A DNA stretch of 64,000 nucleotides from Octopus vulgaris (lineage: Eukaryota): NCBI GenBank assembly GCA_951406725.2, contig OX597821.1:69130001-69194000 (forward strand), read 5' to 3'. The notes under the pieces are model-generated. The model did not search any database, was not told the origin of the DNA, and saw only the letters and a list, made by a program, of their open reading frames with translations. This document shows, piece by piece, positions 10,830 to 24,205 of this stretch (position 1 is the stretch's first letter; every line of letters starts with the position of its first letter). Both the position numbers and the translations under genes were made by a program.

Positions 10830-13800
10830 TACTAAGCTAATCCTTTCAAAATCACTCTGATCTATATGGTCTGGTGTTAGTTTCTACTTTTTTCATACTA
10901 TTGAGCAGATAAAAGACAAAGCTTTCACTGGATAGGACACTGGTTTCTATGCCTGCACCTATACTGAACTTATTTATTTATTTTTTAATATGGCTTAGTA
11001 TGAAGAAGGGCTGCATCTCTGATCCTTTGCAGGGCCTCCAAAACTGATGTCAGAAATAAGATAGTGAGAAAAAAAATGGCTCATTGGATAACCTAAAACA
11101 GGAGACCTGGTTTGAAGGCTTGCAATAGAATGGACTCCACTAAAGGTATCTCAAGGGCCAAGTGGTGATGATTAACTCTACCACCCAAAATAACTAGTAC
11201 AGTTTGCTCTGTAAGGTTCTTGACAATTTCTGTCTACCCAAGGTTTGGGTCAATCAGAGACAACTAGAAGACACCTGCCCAAGGTGTTGCACAGTGAGAT
11301 TGAACCTAGAACCATATGATTGTATAACAGACTTCTTAACCACACATAGGCATAACAGTTGTGAACCTCTGATCATGAAGTGAGACCTTTCTACACCATT
11401 GAATGCAGTTACTGAGCATGGCTTATGACTGCTTACATCAGTCTGCTTAAATTTCAACAGGTTCCACTCCTCCTTCATTCCTAGTTGAGTGGTTAATGAC
11501 AGGAATAGGAAGGGCATCCAGTTGTAAAATCAATTACCTCAACATTATGCAAATGTCTAAAACCCCTACTTTTACAAGCTCATCTCACTATTGTTAGCAT
11601 AGTAAATAGATGTAAAACAGGAAAAAAGAAAAAGCAAAATTAGTGCTGTACATATAAATATCTTCATTGCAAACATATTATGTTGATGATAGAAATTTTC
11701 TTGTTGCTGGTTGTTGAGTATTTCAATCTTTGCTCACCCTCCATCACCCACAAACCCACCCAGCCATCACCATCTCAGACTTCATGAACCATTAAGCCTT
11801 AAATCAATGAAAAGTTATCGAGCTGGTTGTTAATTTCTCTGACGACCTTTAATTAATATCTGATGTCACTTTCTAAACTTGATCTACTTTCGCTTCAGGA
11901 AAAGATCAATTTTTATTTTATTTATTTAATTATATATTTTTTCTCTTTTCAAAATAGTTGGCAGGAAACAAGATCTAATGGCTCTGATTACAAGCAATGT
12001 TAGACATTAGACAGGAACCCCTGATTCGTTTGGATCTATACATTCTACAGTTTATTGAATTGAAAACATGTTTAATATTATAAGTAGACAGAGTGCACCA
12101 CTTTATTTAACATTTGTGGTTTGGTTTTTATGTTAGCATTCTTTATTTATTCTTTTTTTTTCTGTAGACTTTTTTGTTTTGAAAGAAGCAAATGTCTGAA
12201 TTTTGCAATAAAGCCATTCCATGGGGGTCTCAATCTGTTGCAGGTTTTGACTTCTTATAACATTCTAAAGAAAATTGACATAGGAATTGTTGTTCTCTTG
12301 TGTTTCTTATGCAAGCCACCCTCTTCAGTTATTTTAGCTAAGAAATTGGCAGTGCTACCATTTTTCTGGATGACTCTGATCTGTGATAAAAAAAACTCCC
12401 AAAAAACAAAGAAAACAAAAAAAAAAAACAGGCAAAAGTTTAGCTTTTGGCTTGACCCATCCAACCCATAACATGAAAGAGTGAATACAAAAATAGTTTT
12501 AAAAAAAACAGAGAAGCACTGACATTAACTAGTTGAAGGTCTTCAGAGTTGGTAGTTTTCTAAGTCTACCTGCACAAACGTTGGTTTGGGGCTGTGTTAG
12601 GAGTACAGCATTGATTAGTTATCTAATTATATCCTTTATGACAAATGCAAAAAAAACAAAAAAAACAAACAAACATTAATTCATTTATTTTTCTGTTTTT
12701 CAAGGGATTCCATTAGTGTGAGAAAATGTTAGTTATTGATTGAGTGTAGGATGTGCACATGGACTAGGATTGCAGTATGCTGCAGTGTCCCCTCTTTTTG
12801 TTTATTATCATTTTTTACAATTTATTCAGGATTTTATACTAACAATGTGAGATTTCCTACTGCTAACCTATATTGAAAGATTTAACTCTGCTTGAAGAGT
12901 TTGAAATGTATATTAGTTTACACATTAAATTAACTGGTTATTCAAAATAATCAATGAATTGAATTAGAGGTTAATGTGTAGAGATTGCTGTGCTATGTTG
13001 AGGTTTCTTTTACCCTCCCAACCTAGCTGTTATTATGTACCCTGAGAAGCAACTGCTCTCATTTGTCTTTTTAATGTTGTCACAGACTGTTGAGTTTAAA
13101 TCTTAAATCTGTTTTCTCATCTATGTTTTATGGATAAGAAGGATACAGTAGAGGTTATTACTTGTAGAAAGAGTCTGTCTTGAGCCCTAAGATTCATATG
13201 GCTGGAGCTTAACCTGATTTCAACAGCATATAAGTGATTAGGATTACAACAGTTACCCCCTAAATGAGATGTTGGTCCGTTGCAAAATTAACTTCCTAGC
13301 TATTGCTGGAAGTGAGTAAACTGGTGTAACATGAAACTCCCTGCTCAGTCTGGGAATCAAAACAACGGGTTTTATGATAGTGAGTGCAACACCCTCACAA
13401 CTAGGCCAAGCACCTTCAATGGCAGGAAACACTAGAAAATCTACTGCTGCTGACAAGACTGAAGTATATGATAACCACAACTTGAATAAAAACTATCATG
13501 CCCAGTTATCCACAGAAGGATGATCTTTGTCTATTCTGAGTGGTAGCAACATAATTTCACCTGGAAGATTGTTTATCATTATTATTGTCAATAATAATTA
13601 AAAAAAGTGATAGCCAACAAATCATCCAAGTATGAAAAAAAAGCAGATAATTTTCCTCATTATTTAATATTCATTTTGTAAAGATTATCTTAACCTTCTT
13701 AATACCAGCTTGTCTGACACCACTTTTGATTCCATGATACAAACTTCCTGTCTCAAAGTAGTCTAAATTAAAACCATCCATGAAAATTTCATGCTAATTT

Positions 13801-16800
13801 AAGTTCCCAAACACCAGCTTAATAATTACAAAGTTAGTATACTAAATTCTTAATTTTCTTGAAATTAATTGAAGAAAAAAAAAAAGCAGTGTATTTCAAT
13901 AGAAATAAAGTAATGAAAGAGTTAATGAACTCCATATTTTAACCTCTCAGCATCTGGCATAAAGCTACCTCCCCATCTCAAATACTCTGTCCATTTAGTC
14001 AGGGTTTTTTTTTCTTCTTGTCTTTACTTGGTGTCCTCAGTAGTGCTGGTGGCATGAGAAAAACATCCAATACACATTGTAAAGAAGTTGGTGTTAGGAT
14101 GTACAGCCAGCCAAAGAAACCATACCAAAGCTGACATTAAAAGCTCAACACAGTCTTGTGGTTCAGTGGATATTGTCAAACCATCTTGACTTATGTCAGC
14201 ATGGAAATTAGACGATGTTAAATAATGATTATTTACTACTGGAATATCTCCAACAGTTTGTTATAGAAATGGTTTTAAATAAGGCTTCATTATTTGTAGA
14301 ATATTCTGAGTCACAGTGTAATTATCACATAATGTCATAGTTAACCTACAACATTATTTAATGAAATCATTTTTTCTTTCAAGTCTGGTTTTCTTTGAAA
14401 TTCATTGTTTACGTATAATGTTGTTTAACCCATGTCAACCTAGTGGAGCTATGATAAAAAATATTGGAGACATGATCATTTCTTTATTATTATTATTTTC
14501 TTTCTTTTTTTTATTGTCATAATGTATCCAAGACAATATTATCCATTGTGCTCTTCATGTTTTAAGACATCAGGCTATAATTTGAGGGAAATTTGTCTGC
14601 TGGATCCTATGTTTTTCATTAAGAGGTTTCATGAAATTTAGCAAAGTCAGTGTTTCTTAGTCATGAAATGTTATTATCATATGACTGGGGGATGAGTTTG
14701 GTGAAAATATTTTTAAAACAATAACACCATCACCATCATCCCCCCCCACCATCATCACTGCTGCTGCCACTAGATGATGTGACTGTTGAACATTCTCACA
14801 AGGGAAATTCAATGTGTAACAGATATTGCTGTTTTTTGAAATGCACAAATTCTATAAAACACTTGTTTTGAAGGAGGAGTGGGACCTGTGTGTCAGCCAA
14901 CTGGAATTATGAAACACAAGTTATATGCTTTACATAAGGAGAACATATAATATAACAACTTGTTTTGAACTAGTAGTGATCATGTGGTCAGTGCACTAAG
15001 ACAATGTATGTCCCATTATTGTTATGGAGTATTAACTGGCGCTCTAATTAATGCCACTAGTATCTGTTTATGGCTACATGTTCACTTACACAGACACACA
15101 AATGTATATATGTGTAATGGGATTCTTACTGTTTCCATTTATCAAATTCTCTCTCAGAGCTTTAGTTAACCAGAAGATATTTACCCAAGCTGCTGCACTG
15201 TAGGACCAAACCCAAAAGCCTGTGGTTGTGAAGTGAACTACATAGTCATCTATCCTTCATCATTATTTAATGTCCATTTTCTATGTTGGCATGGGTTGAT
15301 AGTTTGACATGAGCTGGCATGGCCAGGAGCCACACCAGGTTCCACAGTCTGTTTTGGTTTGGTTTCCACAGCCAGATGCCCTTCCTAATGTCAATCACTT
15401 TACAGAGTGTACTGGGTGCTTTTTACGTGGAGCCATCACCATTGCTTTTTATGTGGCACCATCACCAGTGCTTTTTGTGTAAATTTTTTTCAAGTTGCAG
15501 AAACTTATAAAAGTGACTTAAGGGCTGAGATTTACATAACTTCCTGCTGATAAAAAAAATATAGAAGTATATATGCTAATTTTCTATTTCTCCTGTTTGT
15601 TCTCTGAAGCATATGTACATATGTACACACATACAAACACACATGCACACATACATATACACACATTCGTTCATTCAAACTTTACAGAGAACAGGTTGAC
15701 CTTATAAATTACAGTGACTTAACTAATATAGTAGAGGACAAAATAATTTCTATCAGAAGTCCTGTTAAAAAATAGTTAACCATTTCTTTACAACGAGGAG
15801 CTTTATTAACTGCAATGTAATCAGCATGTTGAATAATTCATGAAGGGAAAGTTGCTTAACTAATGGGAGAATAAGATCTCTGTCTATAGTGAGGGTAACT
15901 ACGGCCTAATTAGTGGTAGGATGCACATAGTGCAAAGCATGAATGCAATATTGCCCACAGAGAAGTGTAACCTGATGTTGCATATACATCAGATAGTGAT
16001 ATTTACGTGTCATTATGTTACAGTATTGCAAGTGCAGCAAGTACAGGGTTATGATAAATAGGTTATTTACAGTTCTGGCTGTAGTACTATAGGAATGGCT
16101 GAGTTAGTTAGTGGACCAAATTACCCACTGCTGGTGTTGATATTGATGATTTTGAGTAGTACCGCTAGTAAATTTGTTGAATAGTTTAATGCTACTACTT
16201 GGCCAATGGATGCCTTTAGCAAAATCCACTCTGTTGCAAGCATTCAGACCATGTTTTGTTATGTGATGATAAGTTGATGTCTTGATATAGTTTCCTACTG
16301 TTGTAGCCTGTCAGTCATGGTTTTGTCCTCTCTCTCTGATTCTTGACCGGTCTGAGACACTGTAAAAGTCATGGGTTCTGTTCTTTCTCCTTTAAGCCAT
16401 AAAACATCCGCCATGAAAAAACAACCCTGACAGTTGCTAAGTAATGACTAGAAGAATTGCAAAATAGATCTCTGCCTTTCTTAGTGAAAACAGATTATCT
16501 TTCACTTCAAAAACATGATTGCCAGTTGTTAGAAATGTTGTTCTTTTATAACATCGGAGCAATAAGAAAAAAGTTAAGAAAACAAGAAATTAAAGTGTTT
16601 GGAAACCGGAGACTTCAGTTCCTGCTTTAGTGTTGAAGATGACAATAACTGGAATGCAGTTTAGTGCTAGGACAAGAAAGAGCATCACTGAAATAGGTTA
16701 GATTTACTAAAGGATACAGTTTCTTAATCTATGAATTTTTTAATTTTATGTGTAGCATATAAGAGGTGTTGGCTTGCTTTAAGAGTACTCTATATTATCA

Positions 16801-16974
16801 GTAATAATGTAAATCTGTGTGTGTGACTTTATGTAACAGACAAAAAGGTTTATCAAAATGCGATCCAATTTCATACATTTTGATTATAGACTTTATTTGC
16901 CATTAAAAAATCCTGAACAGATCAGTTGAAATTGTTAAGTAAAGTAGATTTGTGGCTATACATATATATATATT

Positions 16975-17397
16975 CTTTTATTCTTTATTCTTTTACTTCT
17001 TTCAGTCATTTGACTGCAGCCATGCTGGAGCACCACATTTAGTTGAGCAAATCGACCCCAAGACTTATTCTTTATAGTACTTATTGTATCAGTCTTCTTT
17101 GTTGAAGTGCTAAGTTATGGGGTCATAAACACACCAGCATCGGTTGTCAAGCGATGTCGGGGGGACAAACACAGATTCACAAACATACACACACACATAC
17201 ACACACACACACATACACACACACACACACACACATATATATATGATGGGATTCTTTCAGTTTCTGTTTACCAAATCCACTCACAAGGCTTTGATTAGCC
17301 CAAGGCTATAGTAGAAGACACTTGCCCAAGGTGCCACACAGTGGGACTGAACTCAGAACTGCGTGGTTGGTATGCAAGCTACTTACCACACAGCCAC
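16975..17397 (-). mobile_element. tRNA-derived CORE-type SINE with internal (TG)n
   Basis: Reverse complement of the family at 28860-29300 (ACTTGCCCAAGG CORE-like motif, CTTTTACTT tail). Confidence 0.85.
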
Positions 17398-17414
17398 ATG
17401 TATGTATGTATGCG

Positions 17415-17700
17415 AAGGCACATGGCTCAGTGGTTAGAGTGTTGGGCTCACAATGACAGGGTAGTGAATTTGATTCCTAGGCCAGGCTGTGTGTCATGTT
17501 CTTGAGCAAGACACTTTATTTCATGTTGCTCCAGTTTACCCTGCTGTAGAAATGAGGTGCTGTGTCACTGGTGCCAAACTGTATCAGCTTTTGCCTTTCT
17601 CTTGGATAACAGTGGTGGTGTGGAGAGGGGAGACTGATATGCATGGGCGACTGCTTGTCTTCCATAAACAACCTTGCCTGGACTTGTGCAATCCCATGGT
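17415..17700 (+). mobile_element. tRNA-derived SINE of a further family (related minus-strand copies at about 27200-27450 and 57380-57620)
   Basis: TGGCTCAGTGGTTAGAG box A, TTGATTCC box B-like, CTTGAGCAAGACACTT motif. Confidence 0.65.
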
Positions 17701-19209
17701 CATTCATAAACCAAAGGGGATCTTTATAAAAATGTGTGTGTGATGTGTGTTGTGAATAATATATATACATCGTTTCAAAGATGTAAGATAGGCACTGATT
17801 GCTTTAAAAGGGTTTTGTTCAGTCAAAGTTGTAAAGATTATTAGATTCTGTGGCCCATATGTGGTAGTCTAAGGATTTGTACTATGAGAACTGTTAGTGG
17901 TGACCTAAAGATGTTTCCTCTAAAGGAAATGCTAAGAAGGCTAGGTAGAGTTAGAATATTCTGTGCAGCCATCCAGCTAATACATCCTCAGAAAAATAGT
18001 AATGAAAATGGTTATGATGTAAAAGCATTTAGAAAATAATATAGAATTTATTCGGATATTATATTAAAGTTAACAGAAAAATTTGAGAAATAATGCAAAA
18101 TAAGAATGTATAGAAAATAAACTGAGAATACACACTATTTAAAACATGACATTATGACATTACAGTGTTGTTATGATGTTCTTTTGTTTTAGTTCATAAT
18201 AAATTCTTTCTTTTAGATGTAGGGGCCATTTTGTTTTTATATCTAGATTTTCATCACTGCAAAATTAATAAGATTTCTGCTATGTCACTAGTTTGTGTGT
18301 TGAAACAGCCAAGATTTCTATTTTTCTATGTTTCTTGCTAGTTTTAAGAAGCTTGGTATTTACTTTTTCTTTTTTGTTTTACTTCAAATACCAGACAAAG
18401 GAAACTTCTGATTTTGTTTTCATTGTCCTTTTTGTTTCAATTTTCATTTTCTTTCAGTTATATTCTCTTGTGCAGTCATCCATAAAACAACTGCTGGTAT
18501 TCTGCATGCTACAATAAATAGCTGGTGTAGGGGGTAGATAAAACTCTTGGAGAATAAAACAGATATAAGTAATATTTTGTGCGTGTTGCCATATTTTGCT
18601 GTAAGATATAAAAGAGATTTCAGCCTACAAACTCAGACAAGAGTATTTCTATCCTATTATAGTATTGACAGTATTTTGTTAATAATACCACACTTAGCAT
18701 TGTGTTTAAACACTCAATTGTATTCTCATTTTTATTTTATTTTTATTTCTCATGTACAGTTGACCTAATATTTATTCTCAAAGGAGAATCTGAGATTTTC
18801 TTGATTTATGATGATAACACCCAAATATAATAATATGAGACTAATTCTTCCTTCTTTGATTGTGTGTGTTTGTATACATATGGATTTCAGACTCCCATTT
18901 TCCTACCCTCTGTTTTAAGGATAAGGTGGCCTGAGTAAGATGTGAGCACAATGTGATTAGATAGATATTGATTTCTAGCTTTGACACAAGGCCACAAATG
19001 TTTTGGGTAAGTTGGGCATTATAAATTGAATCTGTTCTAACATAAGCCAGTGAAAGAACCTCAAAGTGATTATTTAACTTGTTAGAAATAACTCTCAAAA
19101 TCCTATTCTGCCATCTTAAAAAGAAAAAAAGGGCTCATAAAACAGTCCTATATACGGTGAAGAAAAAAGAAAAGATGAAATAATCACTTTTGATCACAAA
19201 TCTACTTAA

Positions 19210-19423
19210 CCCTTTTGTTACTGTATTTATTTTGAGATGCTCTGTGTTTCTTTCAATTATTTTAAATATAACAAAGAATTTAGTAAAACAACTTAGTTAT
19301 CATTAAGCTAGTGTTTGGAACATAAATTGTGACAAAGGCTTGGTGGAATATTTTAATTCAAAACCTATGAAAACGAGACATTTTACCACAGAGCCGGTTT
19401 TGGCCGGGTTAGTAACAAAAGGG
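19210..19423. mobile_element. piggyBac-type MITE
   Basis: TTAA on both sides; TIRs CCCTTTTGTTACT / AGTAACAAAAGGG; related copies at about 925-1168, 13694-13923, 44921-45163 and 62510-62698. Confidence 0.85.
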
Positions 19424-19889
19424 TTAATGTAGTGCACCTAAGCACAGTGTACAATAAGTTTGTTGTATATTAATAAAGGCTAACATCCCCAAATCGTTCT
19501 TTTTTGGTGGTATGACGGACCATGCCAATCCATGGTTGGATTTGAATGCAATGTCATTATCTGGTGTATTTCAAGTCCATGACTATACAAGTTTTTTACT
19601 ATTATTGTTATTACTTTTACCATAACAACAGCAACAACAACAATTTTCTTATGTAGACACAAAACCAGAAACTTCTGGAGACAGAACAGTCAATTGTATC
19701 AACCCCAGTATTTAGCTAGTATGTACAAAGTCATTGTAACTGCTATTGTATGCACTATAAAACCTCCAGTTTGGTGGTGTTTTACTTTTAAATTTGCACA
19801 ATCCTCTGTGTGTGTGTGTGTATATATTCACACACATACACACACACTCTCTCTCTCTCTCTCTCTCTCCTATTTATTTCATACATTGA

Positions 19890-19970
19890 TATTAATACAT
19901 TTTTCTCTTTCTTTCTGTTTTTCAGGTAAGTTTCGAAATTCCCAGGTTTTCAATGGTGAGGTGGTAAGCA
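19890..19970 (+). other. Candidate recursive splice site / RS-exon
   Basis: Branch-like TATTAAT, about 23-nt pyrimidine tract, CAG|GTAAGT at 19923-19931, downstream donors ATG|GTGAGG (19956) and GTG|GTAAGC (19964). Confidence 0.55.
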
Positions 19971-21460
19971 GTATGAAAATATTTGTTCTCTATAAGCCAT
20001 GTTTTTGTATGTTCTATTTATTAATAATCCTTTATATATAAACTTGTGTTCCATATTTTGGAATAACACTGGCTCTTAATAATTGTGGTTATTTGCATTA
20101 GAAGTTTTTATGTTTCAAGCTGGTCATACTTGACTGTGGGCTGGTTGTTGCTCAGTTGTTGGAATGTTTATTGATATTATCCTTATTAGTATTATTTATA
20201 TTCTGAGTTAAATCCTGCAGAGGTTAATTTGGCCTGTCATCGTTCTGGTGGGTGGGTGTTGAGATAAGCACCGGTCAAGTATTGAAAGGCCAATTAAATT
20301 AACTGTCCTGTCCTACAAAATCCCTCGCCTTCTGAGCTGGCAGAATTATTAGCATGCAGGGCAAAATGCTTAGCTGCATTTCGTCCGTCTTTCTGTTCTG
20401 AGTTCAAATTCTGCCGAGGTTGACTTTGCCTTTTATACTTTCAGGGTTGATAAACTAAGTACCAGCCAGTTGAGCACTGACTGGGGTCGATGTCATCGCC
20501 CAGTCCCCCTCCCCACAAATTTCAGGCTGTGTACATATAGAAAGAAGGATTATTATTAGTTGGTTGAATTGTTAGAGCAGCTGATTTGATACCTTCTGGT
20601 ATTTGATTACGGCCCTCTACATTTTGGATTCAAACCTACTAGATTCTTCCATAACTTTCTGTCTTTTGGGATCAATAAAATAAAGACTAATGAATTGCTG
20701 GCAGCCTACTGCATAATTTCTTGTTTTGTACATAAATTGCATAAAAGAACAAAGAGAGCATCAAACTACTTTGCAGTATTTAGTTGCATGCCTTTCTATC
20801 TTGAGTTCAGATTTTATTGAGAGTAACTTTGCATTTTCCCAGCTCTAGCTCAATAAAATAAACACCAGTCAACTCCTAGGGTCAGTATAATCAACATTAC
20901 CCTTTTCCCAAGTGTCTTGCATCTATATTTGAAACAATTATTATTATCGTTATTAACAGGGTTGCAAGTTGACAGAAATGGGATAAGTACTTTGCAGTGT
21001 TCAGTTTTATCTGTCTCTGATCTTTGTTCAAATTTCATTATGTTCAACTTCAACTTTCATTTTTCTAGGTTCAATATATACCAGATAAATTCAGTTCACT
21101 GAATCTAAGAAACCATTATTATAATTAGTTTTGTTCTTGTTTTAGCTTTAGTCAAAGTAGGTGATGAATGCCAGAGTTCTCAGTGAGGTTAGCCTTTAGT
21201 TTAGTTTGTTGATTCCTACTTGTAGCCATTTTATTTCTTGTTGCTGATGTTTCTCAGAAATGCATATATCAGACATGGAAAAAAATTTTTTCCTCACCCC
21301 ATGAGGTACTCTGCTTAAGTATGAGACATTGTTTAAGCAGTTCTTGGCAATCCAGTTTTGTCTCATCTAAATGCCTTTCTATTCTTCCTTTTCTTATGTA
21401 TCTTCCTGCCTCCTTTTTTTTAATTACTTTTTATTTGTTTCTTTTCTCTTTCTCTTTTAG

Positions 21461-21513
21461 CTTTAGCAAACATTGTTAGTATTCTGTCAGCTGACAGCCA
21501 TGTATCAATCCTT
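21461..21513 (+). CDS. Candidate 53-nt internal exon of an unidentified host gene
   Basis: Long pyrimidine tract ending TTTTAG, donor CTT|GTAAGT; only one open frame (phase 1 to 0: xLANIVSILSADSHVSIL). No homolog recognised. Confidence 0.4.
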
Positions 21514-21952
21514 GTAAGTGTGTGTTAAATACTGGGGAGGTAGTGATGTTGATAAATAGTTTGACTAGACAAATGTAAACTAAGTGATGTAATCACTTAT
21601 GTTCTTGCATGGGCTGTTAATGCCTTTGAGATAGGTATGAATGTCGAAACTTCTTATGTTCATTTCCATAGAACTTTGTGTTCACACTCTTTAATCATCA
21701 TCATCATAGTGTTCACTTTTCCATGCTTTCATGGTTGGACAGAGTTTATTGAGGCAGATTTTCCACAGTCAGATGCTCTTCTTGTCATCAACCTACTTAG
21801 CTGTTTCCAAGTAAGGTAATATTTCCCTGTGGCCAGATATGTTTGTGCAAAATATTGGAAATTAATAAACATTCATTTACAATAATCAAGATGTCAAAAC
21901 AAAGACACACACTCCATACACACACACACACTCCATACACACACACACACTC

Positions 21953-21983
<31 letters not shown>

Positions 21984-23426
21984 TCATACGATAGGCTTCT
22001 TTCAGTTTCTGTCAACCAAATTTCACTCACCGGGCTTTGGTCAACTGAAGGTTATAGTAGAAGTCATTTGCCCAAGGTGCCATGCAGTATGACTGAACTC
22101 AAAACCATGTGGTTGGGAAGCGTGTTACCTAACCACACAGCCATGTCTGTGCCTGCAATCAAGGCGTTCATTATGAATTTGACCTTATGAAATGGCATTT
22201 GTTCTTGGTAGGTTTATGTCATGCTTTCTTTAATCTCTTTCATAGAGGCCAGTGATAAGTGGGTTACATATAAAATGCCTAGGTTTCTGATAAAGAAGGG
22301 TGAAACTTTACTTTTGTTGTAGGTTTAGCTATCATGAAGGGCTGTCGTCATCAGTGTTTTACATCCACTTCTTCCTGCCAGCATAGGTTGATTGTTTTTT
22401 TTCTGTGGCAGTGTTTTATGGCTGGGTGCCCTTTCTGTCACTACCAGCACTTTTAGTCATCTCTTATGACTTGCAGGAATGCAGTGTATTTAAATTTAAG
22501 ATTGAGATACACATGGTAACATTCACTAGCCATATGTAATGTTCTTACCTTATAGTTTTGTAGATATGTGAAAATTGCTTGTGTCTTATCCACTGAACTT
22601 TTCTCTAGGCTTGATATTCATCACATGAACTAACATGCGCACACACACACACACACACACACTGGCAAATGATTATGTAGGGCAGGTTGATCACACCACT
22701 ATGCAGTCTGTAAGCACTGTAAACAAATGCAGGTTAATGATGTGGTATGTGTAAAAATAAATACAACAACTTATGGATTGGTTTTGCCATAAAACAAGTG
22801 TGACTCTGATGATATGCTTGTTATATCAGTCATATCTATGTAAACTTTCAATAGATTCATTGGCAGAAGTGTGGGAAAAATTAACAATGTTTTTGATAGA
22901 AAAACATGACAGAATAAAAAAAAAGAAACCTAGCTAAGCTGTAAGTACTAAAGAGTCAAGTTATTAGGCTGGTTTTAAGTTGCGTTATTGAATATAGCAA
23001 AGAACATAGAAATTGTAGTGCTGAGAAAGAGGTTAGTGTTGGATAAAATAAGTGAAGGACTGGTCCGAACAAAAGAAAGAAACAGTCAAGAAGCCAAATG
23101 AGCTAAACTGTTTCTCCATGAATGGATTTGATGTCACTTGTATGGCCATTAGAATTGATATCATCATCATTGTTTTAATGCCTATTTTTCCACTTGGGAG
23201 GGGTTGGATGGAGTTTATTGGGGTAGATTATTTTTATATGGCCAGATGCCTTTCCTGTCACTGACCCTCACTTATTTTCCAGTAAGGTGATATTTCCCCA
23301 TAGCCAGAAATGATTTTGCAGAATATTGAAAATGAATGACACTGCTTTACAACTATTTTGTGGTGTCAAATCAAGGAGACAAAAAAAAAAATGCATACAC
23401 TCACATAAATACACGTACATACTAAT

Positions 23427-23692
23427 ATATCAAAAAAGGTAAAAAGAGAAAAATAGAAAGCTTCTGACAATGTGATAAGTTTAATAAAACCTTTATATTT
23501 TAAGCGCAAAGGCCCATCTTCACATAACACCAGTGAATTTGAATGTGTTAATAGAACCTACATTACTGGACTTCTCTCAGACTGTTCTTTTCTTCTGAAG
23601 TTGGGCCTTTGCGCCTGAAATATAAAGGTTTTATTAAACTTTCTGCATTGTCAGTAGCTTTCTGTTTTCTCTCTTTTTATCTTCTTTGATAT
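23427..23692. mobile_element. Penelope-like pLTR fold-back with hammerhead motif
   Basis: Arms 23427-23522 and 23596-23692 are inverted; consensus of the two arms CTGAAGA-T-GGGC-CTTTGC-GCCT-GAAA-TA-TA-AAGG. Confidence 0.75.
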
Positions 23693-23754
23693 TACAATGC
23701 TTCAAGCAAACTACAACACTCATATATTAATATATACTTTTATGTATTTGTTTT

Positions 23755-24035
23755 GCAAGATTCTTTATGTGAAATTGTGTGTTGTTGAAACAGATATTCT
23801 TATATTTGGTAATGGTTACTTTTTTTTTTTTTGCCAATAAACGCATGCACTGTTTATTTGATCTTCACTTTAGCTTTATCGTTATTATTAGTTTATTTGT
23901 TAGAGTTCTTTTTGTTATATATTCTGTGACTTCTTCAATGACAAATAAACTAATACTAAGGCTAAAGTGAAGATCAAATAAATAGTGCATGTGTTTATTG
24001 ACAAAAGGTAAAAAAAAGACCATCCCCAAATATAA
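23755..24035 (-). mobile_element. Second fold-back element with a decayed hammerhead at its apex
   Basis: Arms 23800-23900 and 23941-24035 are inverted; loop on the minus strand TGTCA-TTGAAGA-A-GTCAC-AGAATAT-ATAAC-AAAAA-GAAC-TC-TAACA; shares TGCAAGATTCTTTAT with the 50525 element. Confidence 0.7.
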
Positions 24036-24205
24036 AAGTACTACTATATGTATGTATGTGTGTGTTTGTGCATGCACTTATTCACACGCACACATACAAG
24101 CTTTTCAGTTTGTCAGTCTGATCCATTTACATGTAAATCACATGTTCAAGTACATAAATCCATTCACGAGGCTGTGGCCAACCTGGAGCTATAATAGAAG
24201 ACATT

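Noticed and set aside
16260-16342. Possible C/D snoRNA (GTGATGA...CTGA)
   Set aside because: No terminal stem and no recognisable rRNA guide.
17415-17490. tRNA gene
   Set aside because: Box A/B-like motifs continue into a SINE body with no complete cloverleaf; the same applies to the other SINE heads.
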